From Mobula birostris (Eukaryota), in NCBI RefSeq assembly GCF_030028105.1, contig NC_092391.1:8591223-8655222 (forward strand): a DNA stretch of 64,000 nucleotides. The letters are read 5' to 3'. Below the pieces are notes generated by a model. That model searched no databases. It worked only from the letters and a program-made list of their open reading frames with translations, and had not been told where the DNA came from. Each line of letters starts with the position of its first letter. Positions within the stretch are counted from its first letter, which is position 1. Shown in pieces: positions 1 to 12,300 of the stretch. Made by a program: the position numbers and the translations under genes.

Positions 1-137
1 GTCACAGGGGCAGAGGTGAGGGAGCCTAACCCCACCACTTGTTGACGATCCGATATGAAGTCCAGGATCCAGCTGTACAAGGCAGGGTGCAGGCTGAAGT
101 CTCTGAGCTTCCTGTCACATCTGAAGGGAATTATGTG
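1..137 (-). mobile_element. Rex1/Babar-type LINE reverse transcriptase fragment
   Basis: Minus strand translates to IIPFRCDRKLRDFSLHPALYSWILDFISDRQQVVGLGSLTSAPVT, homologous to the RT segment [29 protein letters not shown] of the 13197-14225 ORF. Confidence 0.75.
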
Positions 138-2724
138 ATCAGAGCAAAAAGCCTTTACAGCTATGTTAGCTCTCAGTGGCAGTATAGGGGGACATCCTGA
201 TCCCCTTGAACACCAACATTTCCCAGTCGGGTTGAGTTGTTCTGATCTCGAAAATGTTTCATCACCATGCGAGGAGACATCATCAGTGCACTGTGGATTG
301 CAGTGTCCTCCAAATTGGTCTTTATATGCTTTTTGGAAACTCAACTGTGATATGTGGAGGAAATCTGATAGGCTGTGTGGTGAACTTCATGCATTGTGGG
401 ACAAGTTCATGACCACATTGGCTCAGAAATAAGACCAAGGTCTAGGTTTACAGAATTGTTGCTATACAAGAATCTGACCTGTTGTTCCTACTAAAGTGGA
501 TAATCTCACACTATTTCCCCCCCACACTATACACCGTCTGCCAAACTGTTACTCATTCACTCAGCTAAATGTCCTCCAAGTTTCTATCATCACCATTACT
601 CACATTCCCACTTAATTCTATACAATAGAAATTTTAATTTGATACCAAATACTAAAAGCAAATAGCTAAGACCCCAAAAACCAATCCCTGCGATTCTCCA
701 GAAGTCAGCCTTCCAACGTGAAAAGGATTTATTAATGTGCAATTATTTTGCTGAATGCCAAAACCTTCCCAATCCTGAAGCAATTACTTTATCTGGTCAC
801 TTGATAGACAGATTTAATACAACCTCTATGCCTGGAATCCACATCTGGATCTTTTTTGTACCTTAGCTTATTTACTGCAAATTATATAATAGTATTATAA
901 AGTTCCTTTATTCTAGCCACAGCCTGTGCACTTCTACCCATCAATAAAATTTCCAAATCTACCACATTCATCTGCCTCCTGCAATTTTATGCTTTCCACT
1001 GTAGATTTAATTACACCACATTCAAACAACGTAAAATTCCTTCATAATGGCCATTCTTCCCCCTCCCCCCAAGCTCCTTTGCAAAACTATTAGTGAACCC
1101 TTTCTTGGGGCACAGCACTAGATCCAAAATAGCTTGCTCCCCAGCCAGTCCCTCAACATACCAATCTAGAAATCCATCTCATTGTAAAAACTACATTGAC
1201 ATAGCCAATTAAAATCCCAGCATTTTACATTTAATTCAATTAAATCATAAATCAGACAATATTGGCAATAGCTTTTTTTTTAAATCATTTAGAGCATCAG
1301 CATTCATAAAAACACAAAGCTATCCTCCTGCTGGACAAGCAAGTGGAAGGCAATTTCGCCACTGATTTTACTACATAAACAGGGCTCTGACCAACAAGAA
1401 TGAATTCATTACAATCCTATCAATAGGTAGTTATAATTCTGGGAATATGCATGTCATTTTCTGCTTAGAGAAAACTTAAGATACTTGTTGAAATAAACTT
1501 AAGTCAGGCTGTTGAATTGAAAACTTGTGAGCCCATTGCCCTCATTCAATCTGTAGTAATGAATAACCAACATGATCAATTATCACATCCACTTACTATT
1601 TGCTCCACAGTCAAAATCCCCGATTGAGGCTTGTGGAAATAATTCCATAATTCCTACTGGACCTCCACCACCATTCATAGAACATGCTACATTTCTGATG
1701 AGATACTGAAGCAAAAACAGTGATCTACTTGATGGCTCAATGGCACAGTTGAAAGGAGTGTGGGAAAGTTCCCCCCGTGCTCCCAAAATAAACACCAAAA
1801 CAAACCTGTCACATGCTGGTTTGTGGGACTCCATAGCACAAGTTGATGCTGCATTTTCATGTATTACCATAACATCATAATACACCTTTAACAATATAGA
1901 ATATCACCACAGGCCAACCAATATCTGATAAGTCATTTGGGTAGATGATTAAAAGCTTTATAGAAGTTTTAACAATTACCATAGTGTAACACAGAAACAC
2001 AATAGAATCAATGGAAAACTACAAAATAAACACCAAATACAAAGCAAAAAAAAACAAATAATAAAGTAACAACAATGTTCAAAGTGGGAATTCCAGAACT
2101 TGGGACAGCTGAAGACATTGGTGCCGATGATGGAGCAAGAATATTCAAATAGCTCCAAAATGCAAAGCTTAAGGTGATTTAAAGTTTAAGAAATTTGGAA
2201 AAGGGAAGGTTGAGATGTGAAAACACAACAGAATTTCAGGTGATACATTGCTGAATCAGGAACCGATGTTGGTAACTAAACCAGCGTTGGTAACTAAACC
2301 ATGATTGACGAATAGTGGGACAAATTAGAACATAGGATAGTTTTTAAAATGACACTGAGTTTATGGAAAGTGGAACAAGGTGGGCTTTACACAAATAGCA
2401 GGAGGGGGAATGTACCTTGTTGAAAGGGGCCAACAATGCATTGTTCTTCCCAATAGTAGAAGGGAATGGCAGCAAGTAACATGAAAATGTGGATGTACAG
2501 GATTGCAAATGTACATGTGGACACAGGTAAAGTGTACTTTGATGGCACTAGAGGATAAAAGATACAGGCTTAGATACAGGGTCAGATAGACAAATGGAAA
2601 TAGCTCATACTGATATCTGATTTGCATAGACAAATTGGGTTAAGAGGTCTTCTTCCATGTTGTATAACTACAACACACAAATGAGAGATAGGAAGTTCCA
2701 AGGACAAATACTCTTGAGGGGGAT

Positions 2725-2784
2725 GCAGGAAAGGAAGAGAAAAGCAGGAAAGGAAGAGAAAAGCAGGAAAGGAAGAGAAAAGCA
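2725..2784. repeat. 19-bp tandem repeat (GCAGGAAAGGAAGAGAAAA) x3
   Basis: Three exact units at 2725, 2744 and 2763 plus a partial GCA. Confidence 0.95.
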
Positions 2785-3079
2785 TAGATGAAATGAGAAG
2801 CTAAGAGTTGATTTTCTGAGCATGATTAGCTGGATGCAAAATACATGCTGCAGCAGTAGATAGCATAGCTGCACATCAAAGCTGAAAACAAGCAAAGATT
2901 ACTTCTACTGTTAAGAGTCACAAAGGACGCTGCAAATGACTTTGATAATATCTATTCCAGCATTGTGATGAAGACAAAACCCTGACTAGAAGGATTCAGA
3001 CATGGCTTCCAAGAAAAATGGGTCAAAATTAGAAGGGAACATCAAGTAAAAAAAACACAGGGGTCTGAAAAGGGCTAGA

Positions 3080-3178
3080 GACACAACACAGCGGAGGAAC
3101 TCAGCAGGCCACACAGCATCTATGGTAACGAGTATAATCGACGTTTTGTGCTAGACACTTCATCAGGACTGGAAAGGA
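3080..3178 (-). mobile_element. Penelope-like element terminal fragment with decayed hammerhead motif
   Basis: GGAGGAACTCAGCAGG...CAGCATCTATGG...GACGTTT...CTTCATCAGGACTGG matches the terminus of the 39735-41814 element. Confidence 0.8.
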
Positions 3179-3439
3179 GTGACGGGTTATAATGGAAGAG
3201 GATGACTGCATTTATAAAGCATGATACCTTGGAGAGAAGCTATGCAACTCGCTTTGAGACAACCACAGGACCTGAAAGGACGCTGTTAAAACAAAAGTGC
3301 AACCACTACTCAAAGCCAGAATGAGTGCAGGGTACAATAACAAGCGTGTAAGGAACCATAAAATGTGATTCTGTCACATGGGAATTACCGTGTTGTCTAC
3401 TCCACACGTTATCTGTATTTATCTCACACACATGCAGGT

Positions 3440-4140
3440 GGGAAAAGGGGCGGTCGCATGCACAGGCGGCTGCAGCAACTCCCGGCGAAGCGCGCAGCCA
3501 GCCAGCCACCTGCCCTCAGCGTGCTCGCCGGTGCCGGACTCACCTCACACGCGCCGGCCCGCGGCCTACCCCCGGCACGGACCAGACCGGACAGCCGACC
3601 GTTCACCACACGACAGGCTCGAACCGGCTGCCTTCAGCAGCCCACCGCGCCCCCTCTCCACTCGTCTCCACCTGGGGGTTCGACACAACGGGGCTCCGGC
3701 TCTGTTCCGCCCTTCGTCCCTTCCGTCGGTATGCAGCACCTCGGCGGGCCGAGCACCAGGATCACGCCGTTTATTTCACCCCCAAGCGCCGCCAATATCA
3801 ACCGCCGAGCCCGCGCCACCACCATAAAGCCCTACCGCCTCTTATTACGCGCTGCTCGCACTAGCTTGATGCCTCGGCACCGCCCCCTCGCCGATCTCCG
3901 CGCACCCATTGGCCCACGCCCACGACTAAAGCCGCCCATTCCAGGCGTCCTCTCGTCCCTTTGGACCAGGCGGACGTCTCTCCCGTGACGTGGCGGAGGG
4001 CGGGCATGTCTTCGTCGCTTTTGGTTTGGTTGACTCCGGCGTTAAGGCTGGGGTGCGGAGTGCCTGGAAACCTTCAGCCAATCAGCGGCGGACGGCCGTG
4101 AACGCCGCCGAGTGAGACGTCGTTTATTAAATGTGCCGAG
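3440..4140 (-). promoter_or_regulatory. CpG-island promoter and probable first exon of a leftward-transcribed gene (identity not determinable; SCAI/GOLGA1 side by human synteny)
   Basis: Sharp rise in GC and CpG. CCAAT at 4078-4082, ATTGG at 3908, GC box near 3994, TGACGTGG at 3986-3993, and a strong minus-strand donor AG|GTGAGT at 3544|3543. Confidence 0.7.
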
Positions 4141-5498
4141 CTGATGTTCCTCTATTTACTCATTTCACAGTCGTCCCCCCCCCTTATGTAACGCGTTGCA
4201 AAGATGCACAAATGGAATTCTACCAGAAGACCTTGCAATTTGCAATGCGACATATCTAGAATTGTAAGCTTCACCCTGCCAGATGTATGAATTCTCTCAG
4301 CTTCCCCCATTCAGTCCCATCGTGTAGCAGATCTGAAATTGCCTGCCCTCTCCGACAGTTAAAAAAATCCTGGCACGGATCCAAGTTTCCATTTTACCAA
4401 CAAAGAAAGGGAAAAAGGAAGACAAAACAACAGAAAAATGCTGCTGATGCTGAACATCTGAAATATATATTTTTAATGATGGCAAGTTTCCCAGTAGATT
4501 GGGCAGCTTCCGCGGTGGCAGAAACAGGGTTAACAGAGTAAAAGTGACTTTTCAACCGCAGGGGAAGAGAGAGAATTCGTGGTCACGTACACAATGTTAT
4601 TCCTTCTATGACTGAATATTCTGTCCAGTTACCCGCCTATCATTTTAAAAGGACAGCGAAAAGAAACCACACATACAGAACTCTAAAAGTGAACGTGTTT
4701 ATTTGAGCTATAGCCCTGAACCAACACCATCACCACTACAAGATTACAAACAAGAAACTTCCAGACCTAATGAAATACCTTAGCCGGAAACGTTGATGAA
4801 GACGTATTCAGCTCCATAGATGCTATCTGACCCGCTGAGTTCCTTCAACATTTTGTATGTGCGTTGATCTAGATTTCCAGCATGTTAAATACAAGTTTCT
4901 TAAACACAAGATGGGGAGGGATATAAATTGAGTTCTGTAATTACAGACCAGTTAGCTTAACTTTGGTAACGGCATACACTCTTGTAAAGGGCACAGATTA
5001 ATTAAGACTACTCATATCCCATTAAACATGTAGGAAGAGGGCGTTCAGCCCGTGCTGTTTCTCAGAGCGATTTCATTAATCCCATTGAGTACCATCTCCT
5101 ACCCGAATCTAATACCCTTACCAGTTATACTACCCAAGGAGTCACGTCGCGTGGTCAATTCTCCTACAAACAAGCACGTCTCCGGGCTATGGGAGAAAAA
5201 CGGAGCACATGGAACAAACACATGCGGCCCCCCTGGAGGACGTGCAAACTCCAAACAGACAACAACAGAAGTCAGCATTGACTCGAGGCTGTCGGGGCTA
5301 CAAGACAGCAACACCTTAGAGAGGTTTAGGAAAAGTCCTGTCTGATTACGTTGACTGAACTGCTTCGGACTGTATGGCTAACGTAATGTAAATGGATTTT
5401 ACCAAGGCATTTGACAAGATCACACACAAAAGTTCAAATTAAATTTATTATCAAACTACATTTAGGTCACCAACCCGGAGATCATTTTTCTTGCAGGC

Positions 5499-6171
5499 TC
5501 GTTCGTTCGTTATGTAACAGTTTCTTCCCCCAAGCCATCAGACTCCTCAATACCCAGAGGCTGGCTTGACACCAACCTACTATACCCTCAACTGTGCCTA
5601 CTATCTTGTTTATTATTTATTATTATTTATTGTAGTGCCTGCACTGTTTTGTGCACTTCATGCAGTCCTGGATAGGGCTGTAGTTCAGCGTAGTTTTTGT
5701 ATTGTTTCATGTAGCACCATGGCCCTGGAAAACGTTGTCTCATTTTTACTATATTCTGCACCAGCAGTCATGGTTGAAATGACAATAAAAAGTGACTTGA
5801 CTTGACTTATGTATCCTGTCTTTTTGTATGATAAAGGCGATTACGGTCTTTCCATGACTATGATCATTTTTGGCAAATCTTTCTACAGAAGTGGTTAGCC
5901 ATTGCCTTCTTTACAAGATGGGTGACCCCCAGCCATTATCAATACTCCTCAGAGATTTTCTGCCTGGCACCAGTGGTCACATAACCAGGACTTGTGATGT
6001 GCACCAGCTGCTCATACGACCGTCCACCACCTGTTCCCATGGCTTCACTCGACCCTCATTGGAGGGCTAGGCGGATGCTATACCTTGCCCAAGGATGACA
6101 TGCAGGCTAGCTGAGGGGAGGGGTGCCTTACGCCTCCTTCGGTAGAGGCGTATCTCTTCCCCGCCGCCCAA
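5499..6171 (-). mobile_element. RTE-type SINE/non-autonomous element interrupted by a Rex1-type 3' fragment (5517-5806, plus)
   Basis: RTE/BovB-like 3' motif GAAGGCAATGG..AACCACTTCTG and (AACG)n tail. TSD TTTCT(T/C)GCAGGC at 5487-5498 and 6172-6183. The inner insert has a (GACTT)n tail and TSD TTATGTA at 5510-5516 and 5807-5813. Confidence 0.75.
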
Positions 6172-6399
6172 TTTCTCGCAGGCATTCACAAAGAGTCACA
6201 GTAGAATCAATGAAAACTGCACACAAAGACAAACCAGTGTACAAATAACAAAAAGGAAAAAAAAATAAATTAATTGATAATATTGAAAATATGAGTTGTA
6301 GAGCCCATAGGCTGTGGAATCAGTTCAGTGTTGGAGTGAGTGAAGTTATCCACGCTAGTTCAGGTCAGCTGAGTCAAAATAACCAAGCAAACAAAATAA

Positions 6400-7320
6400 A
6401 TAGGACCCAAAGAAATGTCGCAAACTGCATCCAAAATTGGCTCAACAGCAGAAGGCAAATGCTTAAAGAATCTTTATGCCAGTGCAATTCTGTTAGCAGT
6501 GGAGTTCAACACGATGGGCCCAAAATTATGTGCCAAATGGCCTGTCCAGTGTTGTACTGTTTATAGCTCATTGTTCACTTCCTTGCCTTTCCTGATATAA
6601 TTAAAATTAAAAGGGTGATACAGACCGTTGCAAATGGATGTGAAGGGAATTGCTTTAGACTGCAGGAAGATACAGATGTTTTGCCCAGTTGGGCAAAAAA
6701 AAGGTAAATGAAGTTTAATCCAGGCAGATGTGAGGTGATGCATTTGGGAAGATTCAACAAGGCAAATGAATATACAACAAATAGGAGAATATTGAGTGGA
6801 AGAAGCAGACCGACTCCAGTCATTAAGGCAGAGGACAGTTAAACAGGTGTACTGGATGCTTTTCTTTATTAGTCAGGTAATAAAATATAAGATCAGAAAA
6901 GTTGTTGCAGAATTATACAGACCGGTAAGACTATAGACTGAACATTACATCTAGTTCTGCAGAAAAAAAATATCTCTGCATTGGAGAGGTTCCAGAGGAG
7001 GGGGGGTTTACTAGGATATTACCAAGACTAAACAAAAAACCTGTGATAAAACTTTAGATAGACTACATTTATTTTCTTTAGAACACAGGCAGCTATGGAG
7101 ATTTAACTGAGCTGTGTAAAATTTTGAGCGGACTTGAAAGGGTAAATAGGGATCAAAAATCAAGAGGCATAGATGGCTAGAAGGATGAGAGAGGAAGGAC
7201 ATGAAGAAAATTTATTTTGCTCAGAGATGCCAGTGTCTGCAACTCACCTGGAAGAGCAGGAAACAGAAACCCTCATCATTCCTTGGATGTAGACTTGAAG
7301 AGTCTGACCTGCAGAAGGTT
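6400..7320 (+). mobile_element. Old, degenerate CR1 LINE 3' portion
   Basis: Decayed RT C-terminal motifs (AATTGGCTCAACAGCAGAAGGCA; AGATGTGAGGTGATGCATTTGGGAAG) matching the younger CR1 copies in the window. Confidence 0.65.
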
Positions 7321-7454
7321 AGAGTAGTTCAAAAATCAGCAATGAACACATGACAGAGAGCTTGATGAGCAGTAATTATTGCTGCAGTAAATAAAAATTC
7401 ATTCATTTCTTGCGCTACAAAGTAAATTTCAGGGTATTTTACAGAAATATAGGT

Positions 7455-7965
7455 GTCGTGTGGCCACACATTTCAATTCTATTGTCCATTCCCATTCTGA
7501 CACGTTTGTCCATTGCCTCTCCTGCGGCCATGATGAAGGCACTCTCAGCTGGAGGAGCAACCTGATGGAATGGACATCAATTTCTCTAATTTCTGGTCAT
7601 TTCTCCTCCTTCTCCTTCTCTCTATTTCCATTCCCCATTCTGGCTCCCCGTTACTTATTCTCTTCTCCTCACTGGCCCATCTCCTCCCTATGGTGCCCTT
7701 CCTCCTTCCCTTTCTCCCACGGTCTGCTGTTCTCTGCTATTAAGATCCCTTCTTTAGCCTTTTATCTTTTTCCATCCATCACCTCCCAGTTTATCACTTC
7801 ATCCCACTTCTCTTCCCCACCCCCCCTTCTTATTCTGGCTTCTTTTCCCTTCTTTTCCAGTCCTGATGAAGGATGAAGAATCCTTGATGGAAACATTGAC
7901 TGCTTATTCCCCTCCACAGATGCTGCCTGACCTGCTGTTCCTCCAGCATTTCTGTGCGTGTTCCA
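7455..7965 (+). mobile_element. Penelope-like element 3' fragment
   Basis: Matches the 3' end of the 39735-41814 element (VATHFNS motif, pyrimidine-rich tract, CAGTCCTGATGAAGG, GATGCTGCCTGACC). Confidence 0.8.
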
Positions 7966-8420
7966 TTGTTGTATAAAACCCAGTATTTGTCGGCTCACCA
8001 ATTGAGATTAGACTAGAAAACCTCCAAAACAGTGGTGCAGCTGCGAATTACAGCCTTTAGATTTCTGGGTACTGCATATGTGTCATTGTCACTAACACAA
8101 TTATGTAGATTTCCATGCAATTTGAAACATTCAGTCCATGCTATTGATCTATTACTGTTTCCTCATTAAGCTCTTTCACAGTGGATCATGTGCCATTAAT
8201 ATCCCAATTCCCACAGCAATGCTGTTGTTGGCTTTGGAGAGTGTGTGGTGTCAGTCTAACAATTTTTTCCACTACAGGCATTGCTATTGGTGTAACCTTG
8301 ATCCCATACTTTCTCTGAAAGTTATCTTTGGACAGGTTTATCAGGCAATGCAGTTACTTTAAGTGGACACAATTAGTTTCTGAGATGTGATTTTGATTGA
8401 AATGTACAATTGAAAAATTA

Positions 8421-8935
8421 CAGTCAGTAGCCACTTCATTAGGTACAGGAGGTACTGAGTATACAGCTGTATGTTCATGGTCTTCAGCTGCTGTAGCCCA
8501 TCTACTTCAAGGCTTGACATTTCGTGCATTCAGAGATGCTCTTCTGCACATCTCTGTTGTAATGGCAGTTATTTAAGTTACTGTCACTTTGAAACACTCT
8601 GGCCATTCTCCTCCGATCTCTCTCATTAACAAGGCATTTTCATCCACAGAACTGCCACTCACTGGATGCTTATTTTTAGTGTTTCTACACCATTCTGTGT
8701 AAGCTCTAGAGACTGTTGCGTGTGAAAATCCCAGGAGATCAGCATTTTCTGAGATACTCTCACCACACTGTCTGGCACTAACAATTATTCCATGGCCAAA
8801 GTCATTTAGGTCACATTTCTTCACCATTCCGATGTTTGATCTGAACCTCTTGACCATGTCAGCATGCTTTTATGTATTGAATTGTTGTCAGATAATTGGG
8901 TGATTAGATATTTGCATTAAGAGTAGATGTGTAGA
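8421..8935 (-). mobile_element. Tc1/mariner deletion derivative (transposase N-terminal HTH remnant)
   Basis: ORF 8573-8857 (MVKKCDLNDFGHGIIVSARQCGESISENADLLGFSHATVSRAYTEW) resembles a Tc1 paired-like HTH. TA followed by a TIR-like CAGTCAGTAGCCACTTCATTAGGTAC at 8419-8446. Confidence 0.8.
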
Positions 8936-9489
8936 CATCCCATTAAGCCATGTTGGAAGAATAGAGCTACTAAAATTTTAATATTAGAAATGAAATAATA
9001 CAACAAACAAACATGATTTGGGTGCACAGGAGAAGGCCTCTTGGTTCTTCAAGACTGATGGGCCAGTTCAAAGGTCATGCTGACTCAGCAGTCCTGTCAG
9101 CTTGTGATGACCTTTCACCCCTCTGCTTAACAAGACTCTTCCTAACATTGCCTTAAAAATACTCAAAGATTCTGCTCTTTTGGGAACAGAATTCCGGACA
9201 TTCATCTAATCTCTTTCTTAAGGGGCATCCTGTATTGGTATTGGAATTGGTTTATTATTATCACATGTACCATGATACAGTGAAAAGCTTGTCTTGCACA
9301 CTCCATACAGATCAGTTTATTACGCAGTGACTTGAGCTGGAATAAGGTGAAACAATTACAATGCAGAATATAATGTAAAAGCTCTTGGAAAAGGTGCAGT
9401 GCAGGTAAATGATGAAGTGCAAGATCAAAATGAAGTAGATTGTGATGCCAAGAATCCATATTATCATTCAAAAGATCTGTTCAAGAGTG

Positions 9490-10781
9490 CCGACATCCCA
9501 CCTCTCCCGGAAGATCCGGGAGTCTCCTGCATATCGATAGTGGCTCCTTGACGCCCGGAAATTATATACAATATCCCGGAAATAGATTTTTTGAGAGGGA
9601 GAGGGAGCATCCTGATTGGTCTCTCTTCGTGCTAAGATTGGTCCCCAACCACCGGGCCGTGAGGAAACAATATGATTTGGCGATATGAGTCATTTGCACC
9701 TTTCCTCATTCCCTGTCACGCGCTGTTGAGCGTGAACGCATGCGAAGTCATGACCCGCGCGTCATCCGTGTCAGCGCGGGAAGGAGATCAACTCCTTCGA
9801 GCTTGCAAATGACGGTGGCCTGTAAAGTATGTTTGACATAACATCTCTGCCGGCATTCTGGATCAAAGTCAAGGCTGAATATCCTGAGATAGCCACGAAA
9901 GCACTGAAAACTTTGCTTCCATTTCCAACATCATATCGCTGCGAAGCGGAGTTTTCTGCAATGAATGCAACGAAAACTAAATTGCAGAATAGACTGGACA
10001 TAATGAACCTCCTTCGAGTATCGCTGTCTCCCATCACCCCTCGATGGGACCGTGTTGTTGCAGGGAAACAAGCCCAGGGCTCCCACTGATTCAGTGATAT
10101 TGGTGTGTTGCAATGATTTTATATATTCATACGGGGAAAATATGTGCTGTGCGTTTAATATCCAAATGTTACTTAAATGTTATGATGCTATTGACTTATC
10201 ACCTATATTCCGGTCGTGATTAACACCCACTACCCCCTCCCGGTCGGCCGGTCCGCAAGAATATTGTCGATATTAAACCGGTCTGCAGTGCAAAAAATGT
10301 TGGGGATCCCTGCTAAGTAGACCTATCAGTTCTCTCTGTGAGCGGTCTTTACAGTCGACCTCAAAAATAATGACAGTGTTGCTCACTGCACTGTTTGCAA
10401 CAGTGACTTTTCTATTGCCCATGTTGAGGTGAGTTTAACAGGTGTCATTCGTTCATTAGCATAGCTAACGTTATTTAAACCAACTGGCTAGCTGCTAAGG
10501 AGTTACACTATTGATGTCCTATATGATGAGGCCAAACTCCCTGTAGACTTGCTTAAAGTTGTAATAGAATAAACATGATAATATAATATAATATAAGCAC
10601 ATATTTTAATGTCACATTTGCTGCATATACCCAACTTGGTTTACAGATTAGACCAAAATCACAAAGCAAAGTATTACATACACCCTTGGAGGTCGACGAG
10701 CGGTGGGGGGGTGGGATATGGTGTTGCGGGGTGTGGGGGTGCTGCCTCCCTGAAATGAGTTTTTGCAGGGTGGGATGTCTG
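9490..10781. mobile_element. Non-autonomous TIR DNA transposon (hAT-like) with 6-bp TSD
   Basis: TIRs CCGACATCCCACC (from 9490) and GGTGGGATGTCTG (to 10781). AGAGTG is duplicated at 9484-9489 and 10782-10787. It interrupts a Rex1-like 3' fragment (~9235-10975). Confidence 0.8.
9637..10312 (+). mobile_element. hAT-Charlie/Buster deletion derivative retaining the transposase C-terminal dimerisation domain
   Basis: ORF 9829-10089 (FWIKVKAEYPEIATKALKTLLPFPTSY..EAEFSAM..TKTKLQNRLD..LRVSLS) is a ZBED5/SCAND3-like hATC domain. TIR-like ends GGTCCCCAACC and GTTGGGGATCCCTG. Confidence 0.85.
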
Positions 10782-12129
10782 AGAGTGATAACAGTCAAAG
10801 CTGTTAACAGACAGCAGATTGAAGCTGTCTTTGAGCCTGGTGGCACATGCTTTCAGACCCAAAGGGAGAGGGGAGAAGAGACTGTCTGGAGTGGATGGGG
10901 TCTTTGATTACACTGGCTGCTTTAATGAGGCAGTGAGAAGTGTAGACAGAATCCATGGATCAAAAGCTGGGTTCTGCGATCACATCCTTGGGTGTACTGG
11001 TAGCTAACACAAACTATGCCCTTCACTGCATGTTTCGATGTACAGTACATGTGATAAATAAATCTGAATCTAAATCTATTTTTGAGTACTTTGTTGGTTT
11101 CATCTGCTTCGAAAATCCCAAGGTTATGAAAAGCTTCATATAACTACAACTTTCCATTTGATTTCTTTAAATACTAGAGCATTATGTGTTGCGTTTTGTT
11201 TTCTGTATAATTAGGGAATATTTGAATTTTACTCTTCGAAGAGAAACACACACAGTGTATTATAAGTTGATGACAATTGAAAACAAACAATTTAGGAAAG
11301 GTGGAAAGAAAGGTCACTGGTTTGGAGCAGGTCAGAGAATGGAAGAGTTTTGCTGTCAAAGAGTAACTGACTGGCTGGATATCCTGTGGGAAATTGACCT
11401 ATCCCTTGTAATCATCTACAAGGAATCCATGATATAACACTCTCCACTTGCCTGGATCAGTCTCACTACTCAATTCAAGTCCAATAGAACCCAAAATTGT
11501 ACACAACAAGCTCTCATGAACAGGGGTAGAAAAATAACCATTTGTTTTTAGAATCATTGTTCGTAGAATCAATACTGGTAAGGGTACTTAGGACAACCAG
11601 TCTTGTCAGTACAGCATTAACTCAGTACTGCACTCTGAACTAACCTTCCTTTCTTGACAAAGGATCTAGGCCCGAAAAGTCGACTGTTTATTCATTTCCA
11701 TAGATGCTGCCTGACCTGCTGAGTTCCTCCTGCAATTTGTGAGTGTTCCAGACAAACGTGCCTGTACTACCAAGGAGGACAAAGGGAGTGGGTGTATGAA
11801 ACACCACTGTCCACAAGTCCCCCTCAGAACTGTGTACCATCCTGACTTGGCTTTCTTTCAGTGCTGCCGGGTCAAACCCTGGACCTGCCTCCAAACAATA
11901 TTGTAGGCTCCCTTATCAGCACAAGGAATACACTGGCTCAGAATGGCAGCACACCACCAACCACTTAAGAATGGGCAGTTATTTTTGTGACTCCCAGCTA
12001 AAGAATAAAGATTAGCTTTTTTATCGCATGTGTATTGAAACAGGCAGTAAAATGCGTAATTTGTGTCAAAGTAAATCAGCAAGTCATCTTGCCATGTTTC
12101 CAGTGCCAACAAAGCATGTCCACAATTCA

Positions 12130-12300
12130 CTAACCCTAAACTGTACATCATTGGAATGTGGGAGGAAACCAGAGCACCTGGAGGAAACCCACACAGTCAC
12201 AAGGTTAACATACAAAATCTTTAAGACAGTGCAGGGAATTGAACCTTGATCTTACAGCATGCACTCTAAAGTGATGCACTAGCCGCTACACTATCATGAT
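12130..12300 (-). mobile_element. HE1/V-type tRNA-derived SINE
   Basis: V-domain-like core GGAGGAAACCAGAGCACCTGGAGGAAACCCACACAGTCAC and B-box complement GGAATTGAACC. Confidence 0.75.

Noticed and set aside
1318-1350. LLDK-encoding stretch resembling SCAI YLLDKSK
   Set aside because: Wrong strand for the leftward gene, only four residues match, and there are no supporting splice sites.
1696-1720. CTGATGAG hammerhead-like core
   Set aside because: No matching GAAA/UH segments or helices nearby.
1762-1774. NF-kB-like GGGAAAGTTCCCC
   Set aside because: A single short motif with no supporting context, plausibly occurring by chance in 64 kb.
2725-2784. Direct repeats resembling a CRISPR array
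   Set aside because: Head-to-tail minisatellite with no spacers, in vertebrate DNA, with no cas genes.
3365-3988. 207-aa and 149-aa plus-strand ORFs
   Set aside because: Pro/Arg/Ala-rich frames expected in a stop-poor CpG island; no recognisable domain.
5940-6030. Possible twister-like ATCACAAGTCC segment in the RTE-type SINE
   Set aside because: The required P2/P4 helices and pseudoknots could not be assigned.
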